Assembly: GCF_000621645.1 (NCBI RefSeq)
Contig: NZ_KK211323.1
Span: forward strand, 94,947-126,946
DNA from: Vibrio cholerae ATCC 14035
GTDB taxonomy: Bacteria > Pseudomonadota > Gammaproteobacteria > Enterobacterales > Vibrionaceae
Length of the DNA: 32,000 nt
Reading direction: 5' to 3'
Shown piece by piece: positions 21,058-28,734 of this stretch (position 1 is the stretch's first letter; the number at the start of each line of letters is the position of its first letter). The notes below the pieces were generated by a model, which saw only the letters and a program-made list of their open reading frames with translations, did not search any database and was not told the DNA's origin. Both the position numbers and the translations under genes were made by a program.

Positions 21058-21153
21058 AAAAAAATAGCCAATAGAATGAGTCTATTGGCTGTTATTTGTG
21101 AACATTGATTATTCACTAACAACGTCAGTTGGCTAGGTGACCCTTGCGGGTCA
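21058..21153 (-). ncRNA. qrr1: Quorum-regulatory small RNA Qrr1 (Hfq-dependent)
   Basis: The minus strand reads TGACCCGCAAGGGTCACCTAGCCAACTGACGTTGTTAGTGAATAATCAATGTTCACAAATAACAGCCAATAGACTCATTCTATTGGCTATTTTTTT (96 nt). It contains the invariant Qrr core GGTCACCTAGCCAACTGACGTTGTTAGTGAA. The terminator is GCCAATAGA-CTCAT-TCTATTGGC plus U7. It is divergent from luxO. Confidence 0.95.
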
Positions 21154-21162
21154 GTAGTAATC

Positions 21163-21179
21163 AAGCACATATCGTGCCA
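21163..21179 (-). promoter_or_regulatory. Sigma-54 promoter of qrr1
   Basis: Minus strand TGGCAC-GATAT-GTGCTT. The -12 GC lies 12 nt upstream of the predicted +1 at 21153. Confidence 0.9.
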
Positions 21180-21240
21180 ACTCAAATCGGTCTAGATGTG
21201 TGATGTTTGGCATCATTTATCAAGAAATTTTAATTCAAAT

Positions 21241-21284
21241 TTGCAAAATGCAATTCCAAATGCAATTATTACAGCAAAATGCAA
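21241..21284. promoter_or_regulatory. LuxO binding sites (upstream activator sequence for qrr1, overlapping the luxO promoter region)
   Basis: TTGCAAAATGCAA (21241-21253) is a perfect match to TTGCAwwwTGCAA. Weaker copies are ATTCCAAATGCAA (21253-21265) and CAGCAAAATGCAA (21272-21284). AAATGCAA occurs three times. Confidence 0.8.
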
Positions 21285-21301
21285 AATAATATGGCTAGGC
21301 T

Positions 21302-22711
21302 ATGCAACATAATCAATCTTTGCAGAAAACAAAATATGTCCTCATGGTAGAAGACACGGCGTCGGTGGCGGCGCTGTATCGTTCTTACCTCACACCGCTG
21401 GATATTGATATCAATATCGTGGGTACCGGACGCGATGCCATCGAGAGTATTGGCCGTCGCGAGCCTGACTTAATCCTGCTGGATTTACGTTTGCCAGATA
21501 TGACGGGGATGGACGTACTCTATGCAGTGAAAGAGAAATCACCGGATGTGCCTATCGTGTTTATGACCGCTCATGGTTCGATTGATACGGCGGTTGAAGC
21601 CATGCGTCATGGTGCGCAAGACTTTTTGATCAAGCCGTGTGAAGCGGACCGACTGCGGGTCACAGTGAATAATGCGATTCGCAAAGCCTCGAAACTCAAA
21701 AACGATGTTGATAATAAAAATCAAAACTATCAAGGCTTTATTGGTAGCAGTCAAACCATGCAGGCGGTGTACCGCACCATTGACTCTGCGGCGAGCAGCA
21801 AAGCCAGTATTTTTATTACCGGCGAAAGTGGTACAGGTAAAGAAGTGTGCGCGGAAGCGATTCATGCCGCGAGCAAGCGTGGAGATAAGCCATTTATCGC
21901 CATCAACTGTGCGGCCATTCCGAAAGATCTGATTGAAAGTGAGTTGTTTGGTCACGTCAAAGGGGCTTTTACTGGGGCGGCGACTGAGCGTCAAGGCGCG
22001 GCAGAAGCGGCTGATGGGGGAACCCTCTTTTTGGATGAATTGTGCGAAATGGATCTGGATCTGCAGACCAAACTTCTGCGCTTTATTCAGACAGGGACAT
22101 TCCAAAAAGTCGGCTCTTCCAAAATGAAAAGCGTGGATGTGCGTTTTGTGTGTGCAACGAACCGCGATCCGTGGAAGGAAGTGCAAGAAGGACGCTTTCG
22201 TGAAGACCTGTACTACCGCTTGTATGTGATCCCGCTGCATTTACCGCCATTGCGCGCGCGTGGTGATGATGTGATCGAGATTGCTTATTCACTGCTTGGC
22301 TTTATGTCCAAGGAAGAGGGCAAAGATTTTGTCCGTTTGTCGGCTGAAGTGGTGGAGCGTTTTCGCCAATACGAGTGGCCGGGCAACGTGCGTCAATTGC
22401 AAAACGTTTTGCGCAACGTGGTTGTGCTCAATGAAGGTCGTGAAATCACCCTAGATATGCTGCCTCCTCCTCTTAATCAAATGTCCGCGCCGATCAATCG
22501 GGCTTTACCGCTTGCGCATGAGAATAAAGTATCCGTGCATGAGATTTTTCCGCTGTGGATGACCGAAAAACAAGCTATTGAACAAGCCATCGAAGCGTGT
22601 GATGGCAACATTCCCCGTGCCGCAACCTATCTGGATGTCAGCCCGTCAACCATCTATCGCAAGCTGCAAACTTGGAATGAAAAAGTGAAAGAAAAAGAGA
22701 AGGAACGGTAA
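21302..22711 (+). CDS. luxO: Sigma-54-dependent quorum-sensing response regulator LuxO
   Basis: 469 aa from the ATG at 21302. Receiver domain with the phospho-acceptor Asp in [13 protein letters not shown]+ Walker A GESGTGKE, the sigma-54 interaction motif GAFTGA and a C-terminal HTH. An alternative start at 21344 (MVEDTAS) would make that Asp residue 47, the numbering used in the literature. Confidence 0.95.
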   Translation: MQHNQSLQKTKYVLMVEDTASVAALYRSYLTPLDIDINIVGTGRDAIESIGRREPDLILLDLRLPDMTGMDVLYAVKEKSPDVPIVFMTAHGSIDTAVEAMRHGAQDFLIKPCEADRLRVTVNNAIRKASKLKNDVDNKNQNYQGFIGSSQTMQAVYRTIDSAASSKASIFITGESGTGKEVCAEAIHAASKRGDKPFIAINCAAIPKDLIESELFGHVKGAFTGAATERQGAAEAADGGTLFLDELCEMDLDLQTKLLRFIQTGTFQKVGSSKMKSVDVRFVCATNRDPWKEVQEGRFREDLYYRLYVIPLHLPPLRARGDDVIEIAYSLLGFMSKEEGKDFVRLSAEVVERFRQYEWPGNVRQLQNVLRNVVVLNEGREITLDMLPPPLNQMSAPINRALPLAHENKVSVHEIFPLWMTEKQAIEQAIEACDGNIPRAATYLDVSPSTIYRKLQTWNEKVKEKEKER

Positions 22712-22714
22712 GCG

Positions 22715-23056
22715 ATGAGAGAATGGATCAACCAAAGCAAAATCGACTTACTGGCGAAGGAGATCGGTGAAGAAAACGTGCCGATCTTGGTCAACATTTT
22801 TCTTGGTGAACTCAATGATTACCAAAGTAAGTTAGTCAGTGATACGGTCGCGGACAAACTCGGGTATCTCAAGGAAATCAGCCATGCGCTGAAAAGCAGT
22901 GCGGCCAGTTTTGGGGCTGATCGCTTGTGCGCCAAAGCGGTGGAGTTAGATAGTCGCGCCAAATCTGGCGAGATGATGGACATCTCGCTAGAGGTTGAAC
23001 ATATGCTTGAGTTACTGAAGCAGACGCATCAATGCTACTCCGATTTAGTTCATTAA
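22715..23056 (+). CDS. luxU: Histidine phosphotransfer protein LuxU
   Basis: 113 aa. HPt motif EISHALKSSAASFGA. The start lies 3 bp after the luxO stop. Confidence 0.93.
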   Translation: MREWINQSKIDLLAKEIGEENVPILVNIFLGELNDYQSKLVSDTVADKLGYLKEISHALKSSAASFGADRLCAKAVELDSRAKSGEMMDISLEVEHMLELLKQTHQCYSDLVH

Positions 23057-23935
23057 CTGCTCTTCGATAGCTTGTCTCAGCTTCTGCCGATCATGACGCC
23101 AGTCGCGGTTGGCGGAAGCCAAATCTCGGGTAACAAAATTCCAACGCTGTTCTAACTCTGGATGAGGGTGATGGCCCAATACCACATCAATTTTGCGCCC
23201 TTGGCAGGCGCGTTCACACCATTCCAATTTTTGCTCTAAGCTCATTCGTCCTGCAGGTCCATATTCTGGCGATAGGTTCTCGACAAAAATCACTTTCGCA
23301 GTTTGATTACGAGCAATCGCCTTGCCCAATTCTGGCAGCAGAAGAGGAGGCATGACGCTGGTTAAAAAGCTTCCGGGGCCCAGAATCACGCAGTCTGCGT
23401 CTTGAATGGCGGTTACCGCTTCTTTGGTGGCCGGGACTTCAGGCGCAAGGTCAAGTCTTCGCAAATCTTGAGTCATCTCATCGACGCTGGTTTCACCGGT
23501 GACCCATTTGCCATCCATAGCGAGGGCTGCCAGATCGGATGGATGTTCAGACATCGGTAGGATATTGACATCGACTTTGAGCATGTTGCGAATAAGATTG
23601 ATCGCATCCAATGGGCGCACCGAAAGGTTATCTAATGCGGTGAGCATTAGGTTGCCCAAGTTGTGGCCGTTGAGCTCCCCTGCGCCTTTAAAGCGGTATT
23701 CAAACATCATTGAACTGATCGACGGCTCGGTAATCAACTGGTTGATGCAGTTACGGGTATCTCCCCAAGCAATCCCACCTTGGCAGTGACGAATGCGTCC
23801 TGTTGAGCCGCCGTTGTCTGTGGTGGTGACTATGCCTGTGGCATTGGAACCAAACACTTTGAGCGCTGCCAGCATTCGCCCAAGACCGTGGCCGCCGCCA
23901 ATCGCAACCACTTTTTTGTTTTCGTATAGAGACAT
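23045..23935 (-). CDS. YvcK/YbhK (CofD-like, UPF0052) family protein
   Basis: 296 aa. N-terminal VVAIGGGHGLG and TTTDNGGSTGRIR motifs. It occupies the position of E. coli ybhK between uvrB and moaA. Its 3' end overlaps the luxU 3' end by 12 bp. Confidence 0.88.
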   Translation of the reverse strand: MSLYENKKVVAIGGGHGLGRMLAALKVFGSNATGIVTTTDNGGSTGRIRHCQGGIAWGDTRNCINQLITEPSISSMMFEYRFKGAGELNGHNLGNLMLTALDNLSVRPLDAINLIRNMLKVDVNILPMSEHPSDLAALAMDGKWVTGETSVDEMTQDLRRLDLAPEVPATKEAVTAIQDADCVILGPGSFLTSVMPPLLLPELGKAIARNQTAKVIFVENLSPEYGPAGRMSLEQKLEWCERACQGRKIDVVLGHHPHPELEQRWNFVTRDLASANRDWRHDRQKLRQAIEEQLMN

Positions 23936-24104
23936 AGGTTTTTCTTATTTTTTCATAACTCGCAGCAATTTAGCTAACTTGGTTCATAATGAGTACCCAT
24001 TTAGGGCTAATTTCTGCAAGGTAACCATTTTTTTCTGGTTAAGGCTAGAATCACGTACAATTATTAAGTATTTTACCAGCAGCCTGAGCTAAAGAGATGG
24101 CAAC

Positions 24105-24240
24105 ATCATAGTGCTTGGCCTTAACTCCGAGCTTACCGCGCTAAGTTTAAACCTTTAAATATGCGTTGTAAGCCAGTGACCGCTTGTCACAAGGGCAGAA
24201 TTGGAAATGATTTTGCCTCCCGTATTTGGAAAGGTGTTCT
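24105..24240 (+). promoter_or_regulatory. Candidate molybdenum-cofactor (Moco) riboswitch in the moaA leader
   Basis: ACTCCGAGC (24124-24132) and GCCTCCC (24215-24221) resemble conserved Moco-motif blocks. Internal hairpins are GTGAC-CGCTT-GTCAC and GGCAGAA...TTTTGCC. CCTT (24119-24122) can pair with the AAGG of the RBS GGAAAGG (24228-24234). The position matches the E. coli moaA riboswitch. Confidence 0.55.
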
Positions 24241-25230
24241 GTGGCGCAACAATTCGAAGACAGATTTCAGCGTAAATTTTACTATTTACGTCTATCCATA
24301 ACCGACGTTTGTAATTTCAAATGTACGTATTGCTTACCTGATGGTTACAAGCCATCAGCGGGTCGCCCTGCCTCTTTTCTGACGGTGAATGAGATTCGCC
24401 GAGTGGTGAGTGCGTTTGCCCATTGTGGTACTTCCAAGGTCAGAATTACCGGCGGTGAACCTTCACTGCGCAAAGATTTTGGCGAAATCATTCATACCAT
24501 AGCGCAAACTCCCGGCATTCAAAAAGTTGCGACGACCACCAATGGCTACCGTTTAGCCAAACATATTGGTGAGTGGCGCGAAGCGGGGTTGACTCAACTG
24601 AATGTCAGCGTAGATAGCTTAGATCCACGTATGTTTGCGCAAATCACCGGTGAAAACCGCTTTCAGCAAGTGATGTCCGGCATTGATCGCGCCTTTGAAG
24701 TTGGATTCGAGCAAGTCAAAGTCAACGTGGTACTGATGAAAAATCTTAACCACCTTGAACTGCCCCAATTTATGGCGTGGATTAAAACTCGCCCCATCCA
24801 ACTGCGTTTTATTGAGTTGATGCAAACCGGAGAAATGGACGCGCTGTTTGCTCGCCATCATGTTTCTGGCATTTCGATCCGCGACTATCTCTTCGGTAAC
24901 GGCTGGTTACTCAAAGCCAGAGCCGATAACGATGGCCCTGCACAGGTGTTTATCCATCCGGATTTCCAAGGCGAGATTGGCCTTATCATGCCTTATGAGA
25001 AAGATTTTTGTCGCAGCTGTAACCGCCTTCGGGTGTCAGCACTTGGCAAACTGCATCTGTGCTTATTTGGCGAACAAGGCATCGAGCTACGCGATCTTTT
25101 GCAAGACGATCACCAAGAAAACGCATTGATTGAACGAATTCAAACTCAGTTGCAAAACAAGGCGGAAACCCACTTCCTGCATGATGGAAATTCGGGTGTG
25201 ACGCCGCATTTAGCCTCGATTGGCGGCTGA
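24241..25230 (+). CDS. moaA: GTP 3',8-cyclase MoaA (radical SAM)
   Basis: Start moved to the GTG at 24241 ([33 protein letters not shown]), giving 329 aa. GGAAAGG lies 6 nt upstream. The CxxxCxxC radical-SAM motif and a C-terminal GG are present. Confidence 0.93.
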   Translation: MAQQFEDRFQRKFYYLRLSITDVCNFKCTYCLPDGYKPSAGRPASFLTVNEIRRVVSAFAHCGTSKVRITGGEPSLRKDFGEIIHTIAQTPGIQKVATTTNGYRLAKHIGEWREAGLTQLNVSVDSLDPRMFAQITGENRFQQVMSGIDRAFEVGFEQVKVNVVLMKNLNHLELPQFMAWIKTRPIQLRFIELMQTGEMDALFARHHVSGISIRDYLFGNGWLLKARADNDGPAQVFIHPDFQGEIGLIMPYEKDFCRSCNRLRVSALGKLHLCLFGEQGIELRDLLQDDHQENALIERIQTQLQNKAETHFLHDGNSGVTPHLASIGG

Positions 25231-25289
25231 GTTTCTACCGATAATCTGACCTCACCATTGAGGTTTAACCATTTTGAAAAGGTGAACAA

Positions 25290-25802
25290 ATGGGTCACGC
25301 AGAAAGCAAATTTCAAGCAGCAAACATCGCCGTTTTAACCGTGTCAGATACGCGCACGGAAGAAAACGATACCTCAGGCCGTTACTTGGCAGAGCAGCTT
25401 CAAGAAGCTGGCCATACACTGGCAGATAAACAGATCGTGATTGACGATATGTACAAAATCCGTGCGGTGGTTTCACAGTGGATTGCGGATGAAACCATCC
25501 AAGCGATTCTGATCACCGGTGGCACTGGGTTTACGTCACGTGACAGCACACCTGAAGCACTTAAGCCTCTGTTTGATAAAGAAGTGGAAGGTTTTGGCGA
25601 GCTGTTTCGCATGGTCTCTTTTGAAGAGATTGGCACCTCGACCATTCAATCGCGCGCGGTTGCGGGGTTTGCTAACCACACGGTGATTTTTGCTATGCCG
25701 GGTTCGACTGGCGCATGCCGCACCGGTTGGACAAAAATCATTAAACAGCAATTGGATGCTTCCCATCGCCCATGTAACTTTATGCCGCACCTAACGGTAT
25801 AG
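25290..25802 (+). CDS. moaB: Molybdenum cofactor biosynthesis protein MoaB
   Basis: 170 aa MogA/MoaB fold ([18 protein letters not shown]). Confidence 0.92.
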   Translation: MGHAESKFQAANIAVLTVSDTRTEENDTSGRYLAEQLQEAGHTLADKQIVIDDMYKIRAVVSQWIADETIQAILITGGTGFTSRDSTPEALKPLFDKEVEGFGELFRMVSFEEIGTSTIQSRAVAGFANHTVIFAMPGSTGACRTGWTKIIKQQLDASHRPCNFMPHLTV

Positions 25803-25812
25803 GGGAGGTTTG

Positions 25813-26292
25813 ATGAGCCAACTCACTCATATTAATGCTTCGGGTGAAGCCAATATGGTGGATGTGTCGAATAAAGCCGATACTGTCCGTGAAGCTCGTG
25901 CCGAGGCCTATGTGCGCATGGCACCCGAAACGCTGCAACTCATCCTCTCTGGCCAGCACCATAAAGGGGATGTGTTTGCCACTGCGCGTATTGCGGGCAT
26001 TCAAGCCGCGAAACGTACGTGGGAGCTTATTCCGCTCTGTCACCCGTTGCTGCTTTCCAAGGTGGAAGTACAGCTTGAAGCCTTGCCAGAACAAAGCAGC
26101 GTACGCATTGAATCTCTGTGTAAACTCAGTGGTAAAACCGGGGTGGAAATGGAAGCGCTGACGGCGGCATCGGTGGCGGCACTGACCATTTACGACATGT
26201 GCAAAGCGGTTCAAAAAGACATCGTAATTGAGAACGTGCGATTGCTTGAAAAATCGGGCGGAAAATCGGGACACTTTAAGGTGGATGCATGA
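25813..26292 (+). CDS. moaC: Cyclic pyranopterin monophosphate synthase MoaC
   Basis: 159 aa from the ATG at 25813 (the ORF track starts one codon earlier at a TTG). [19 protein letters not shown] and the CHPL motif. AGGGGAGG RBS upstream. Confidence 0.93.
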   Translation: MSQLTHINASGEANMVDVSNKADTVREARAEAYVRMAPETLQLILSGQHHKGDVFATARIAGIQAAKRTWELIPLCHPLLLSKVEVQLEALPEQSSVRIESLCKLSGKTGVEMEALTAASVAALTIYDMCKAVQKDIVIENVRLLEKSGGKSGHFKVDA

Positions 26293-26534
26293 TTAAGGTG
26301 CTGTTTTTTGCCCAAACTCGAGAGTTGGTGGAGTGCGATAGTCTGGTGGTTGACCACGCTTTTGCAACGGTAGAAGCTTTGCGCCAACATTTAGCGCAGC
26401 AGCCGGGTAAGTGGGATATGGCACTTGAACCGGGTAAGCTATTGGCGGCCGTTAATCAATCGATTGTGCCATTCGATACAGAGCTACAAGATGGCGATGA
26501 AGTGGCCTTTTTCCCACCAGTGACTGGAGGCTAG
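26289..26534 (+). CDS. moaD: Molybdopterin synthase sulfur-carrier subunit MoaD
   Basis: 81 aa ending in the ubiquitin-like C-terminal GG. Overlaps the moaC stop by 4 bp. Confidence 0.92.
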   Translation: MIKVLFFAQTRELVECDSLVVDHAFATVEALRQHLAQQPGKWDMALEPGKLLAAVNQSIVPFDTELQDGDEVAFFPPVTGG

Positions 26535-26535
26535 T

Positions 26536-26988
26536 ATGGACCATCGCGTATCGGTGCAGAAGGAAGATTTCTCTGTTGCTCAAGAATATGAAGCGTTAGC
26601 GCAAGGCTCACAAGCGGGGGCTGTGGTGACTTTTGTCGGCAAAGTTCGGGATATGAACTTGGGCGATAATGTCGTGGGCTTACACCTTGAACACTATCCG
26701 GGCATGACGGAAAAATCCTTTCTGGAGATTTGCGATATGGCTCAGGAGCGTTGGCCTCTACAACGCGTTCGCGTTATTCATCGCATCGGCGATATGCTCA
26801 GCGGCGATCAAATCGTGTTGGTTGGTGTCAGCAGTGCGCACCGCAATGCTGCGTTTGCAGCGTGCGAGTTCATCATGGATTACTTGAAAACCCGCGCGCC
26901 ATTTTGGAAAAAAGAGCTGACGACCGAAGCGAGTCGCTGGATTGATTCACGCGACAGTGATCATCAAGCCGCGCAGCGCTGGGAATAA
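26536..26988 (+). CDS. moaE: Molybdopterin synthase catalytic subunit MoaE
   Basis: 150 aa. Starts 1 bp after moaD. The conserved RAPFWKKE motif is present. Confidence 0.92.
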   Translation: MDHRVSVQKEDFSVAQEYEALAQGSQAGAVVTFVGKVRDMNLGDNVVGLHLEHYPGMTEKSFLEICDMAQERWPLQRVRVIHRIGDMLSGDQIVLVGVSSAHRNAAFAACEFIMDYLKTRAPFWKKELTTEASRWIDSRDSDHQAAQRWE

Positions 26989-27002
26989 GAAGAGTAATAA
27001 GG

Positions 27003-27977
27003 CTATTCATGCCAAGTGGTACTACTAAACATATGAATGGTGCCACGTTGCTCATGTTTGGCATGAAACAGCGCTTTATCGGCGACTAACACAAGCTTTT
27101 CCGCGGTCATTTCTTTCTCTATTTGATCACAGTGGCGAATGCCTACGGTAATCGTCACATGATCCGCCACTCGAGAACTCAGGTGCGGGATGTTCAGCTC
27201 ATGAATCATCGCCATCAGTTTTTCGGCTCGTTGCTGGCACTGCTTTGCATCGACTCTGGTCATAAAAATCAAAAATTCATCCCCGCCGTAGCGAAAGCAG
27301 AGATCGAGATTCGATTTCCATTGACGCAGCGTTTGGCTGACCTTGCGCAGGACATCATCGCCTTGAATATGGCCATATCCGTCGTTGTACTCTTTGAAAC
27401 AGTCAATATCGATCATCAATAATGCGCTGCTGACCCGATCGAGTCGGGCGATGTCCAGTGCTTGCGGCAGCAACGAATCCATTGCGTAACGGTTGTACAC
27501 TTGGGTCAGATGATCCATATGAGTCAGGTGCTCAAGTTCCAACTGATGCTGCGCGAGTTTTTCAACCGTGTGCTTGTAGTCTGAGATGTTACGCACGGTC
27601 CACAACACCATGTCTGTGTTGGGAAGAGGGATGACTAATGCGGAGAAATACTGCTTTTGGCTTGGCCCAGGGACATTGTCAAAACAGGGCAACTGGGTTG
27701 GATCAATTTCATATTCCAACTCTTTGGCACAGCCCTGCTCGATCGCTTGTTGGATGACGTCAGTAAACCAAGCAGCCTGTGCTGCCGGTAACACATCATA
27801 CTGGTTTAAACCGACCAGATAAGAGGGGTTGTGATGGCGTTCACTGTCCGTACCTCCCCATGCTTCGATATACACCCCTTTCTTATTGATGAGAAAAGTG
27901 GGTTCAGGCAGCGATTGAAAAATAAACTGCAGAATTTCAGGATTGGCAATAATCGTCGAGGAAAAAATAGAAGTCAC
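27003..27977 (-). CDS. Diguanylate cyclase (GGDEF domain) with a PAS-like N-terminal sensor region
   Basis: 324 aa from the GTG at 27977. Intact active site RYGGDEF. The position of the RxxD inhibitory site reads SNLD. No TM segments. Confidence 0.88.
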   Translation of the reverse strand: MTSIFSSTIIANPEILQFIFQSLPEPTFLINKKGVYIEAWGGTDSERHHNPSYLVGLNQYDVLPAAQAAWFTDVIQQAIEQGCAKELEYEIDPTQLPCFDNVPGPSQKQYFSALVIPLPNTDMVLWTVRNISDYKHTVEKLAQHQLELEHLTHMDHLTQVYNRYAMDSLLPQALDIARLDRVSSALLMIDIDCFKEYNDGYGHIQGDDVLRKVSQTLRQWKSNLDLCFRYGGDEFLIFMTRVDAKQCQQRAEKLMAMIHELNIPHLSSRVADHVTITVGIRHCDQIEKEMTAEKLVLVADKALFHAKHEQRGTIHMFSSTTWHE

Positions 27978-28205
27978 CGACCTGATTCCTAATGAGTGAT
28001 CGCTTATTACTCTATTTATAGATGATCTTACTCAGAACGGATACGGGTAGGCCGTCACATTCAATCTCAAAAGCTCATGTTCATAAAAAAGGATGAATTT
28101 TTGGAAATTGTGTGGTGCAACCACAAAATGAAACAGGATAAATGGCTCATTTTGAACAACACTTAACTCAATCAGCGTGAGATGGGTTTAATAAAGGAGA
28201 ACAGG

Positions 28206-28622
28206 ATGGACTCACTGAAAGTCAGCGATTATATGACCCTACAAGCGGTAACGTTCAGTCCAGATATGTCGCTCAGTGCGGCGCTCGAAAAAGTGGTGCG
28301 TTCAGACAACATGGGCGGCCCTGTGATTGATGCGCAGCGGCATGTGATTGGCTTTTTATCCGAACAGGATTTGTTGGATAAGCTGGTGCATGCCAGTTAT
28401 CACTGCCAAGATGCCCATTTGGTGAGTGATTGTATGCACAAAGAGGTGCTCTCGGTTGCGCCAGAGACTTCCATTATTGAGCTTGCGGCGATGATGAAGG
28501 TCGGAAAACCGAAAATGTATCCTGTGGTGAGTGATGGCAAATTGGTTGGTGTGATCACGCGGCGTGATGTGCTACGAGCCTTGAGCAAAACCTTAACCAA
28601 CTGTTTTCAACATCCGGTTTAA
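28206..28622 (+). CDS. Stand-alone CBS-pair domain protein
   Basis: 138 aa from the ATG at 28206, with AAGGAG 7 nt upstream. The ORF-track start at 28182 lacks an RBS. Two CBS repeats are present (VSDYMT...GFLSEQDLL and VSDCMH...GVITRRDVL). Confidence 0.85.
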   Translation: MDSLKVSDYMTLQAVTFSPDMSLSAALEKVVRSDNMGGPVIDAQRHVIGFLSEQDLLDKLVHASYHCQDAHLVSDCMHKEVLSVAPETSIIELAAMMKVGKPKMYPVVSDGKLVGVITRRDVLRALSKTLTNCFQHPV

Positions 28623-28672
28623 TGTGACCGATGAGCATGTCCAACTTTTTATGCTTTTGTGCTTGAATCCGC

Positions 28673-28704
28673 TTGACCTTGAAGTTGACTCCAAGGTGTA
28701 AGCT
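28673..28704 (+). promoter_or_regulatory. MerR-family (ZntR-type) metal-responsive promoter of zntA
   Basis: TTGACC (28673-28678), 20-bp spacer, TAAGCT (28699-28704). The spacer carries the dyad ACCTTGAAG-TTGA-CTCCAAGGT. The layout closely parallels the E. coli PzntA sequence as I recall it (TTGACTCTGGAGTCGACTCCAGAGTGTATCCT). Confidence 0.75.
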
Positions 28705-28734
28705 GATCACAGCACACAAAAAGGAGATGGAAAT

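Noticed and set aside
21539-22240. 233-aa minus-strand ORF
   Set aside because: It is antisense to the AAA+ domain of luxO, with no independent support.
25780-26274. 164-aa minus-strand ORF
   Set aside because: It is antisense to moaC. The composition is Arg/Phe/His-rich, consistent with a shadow frame.
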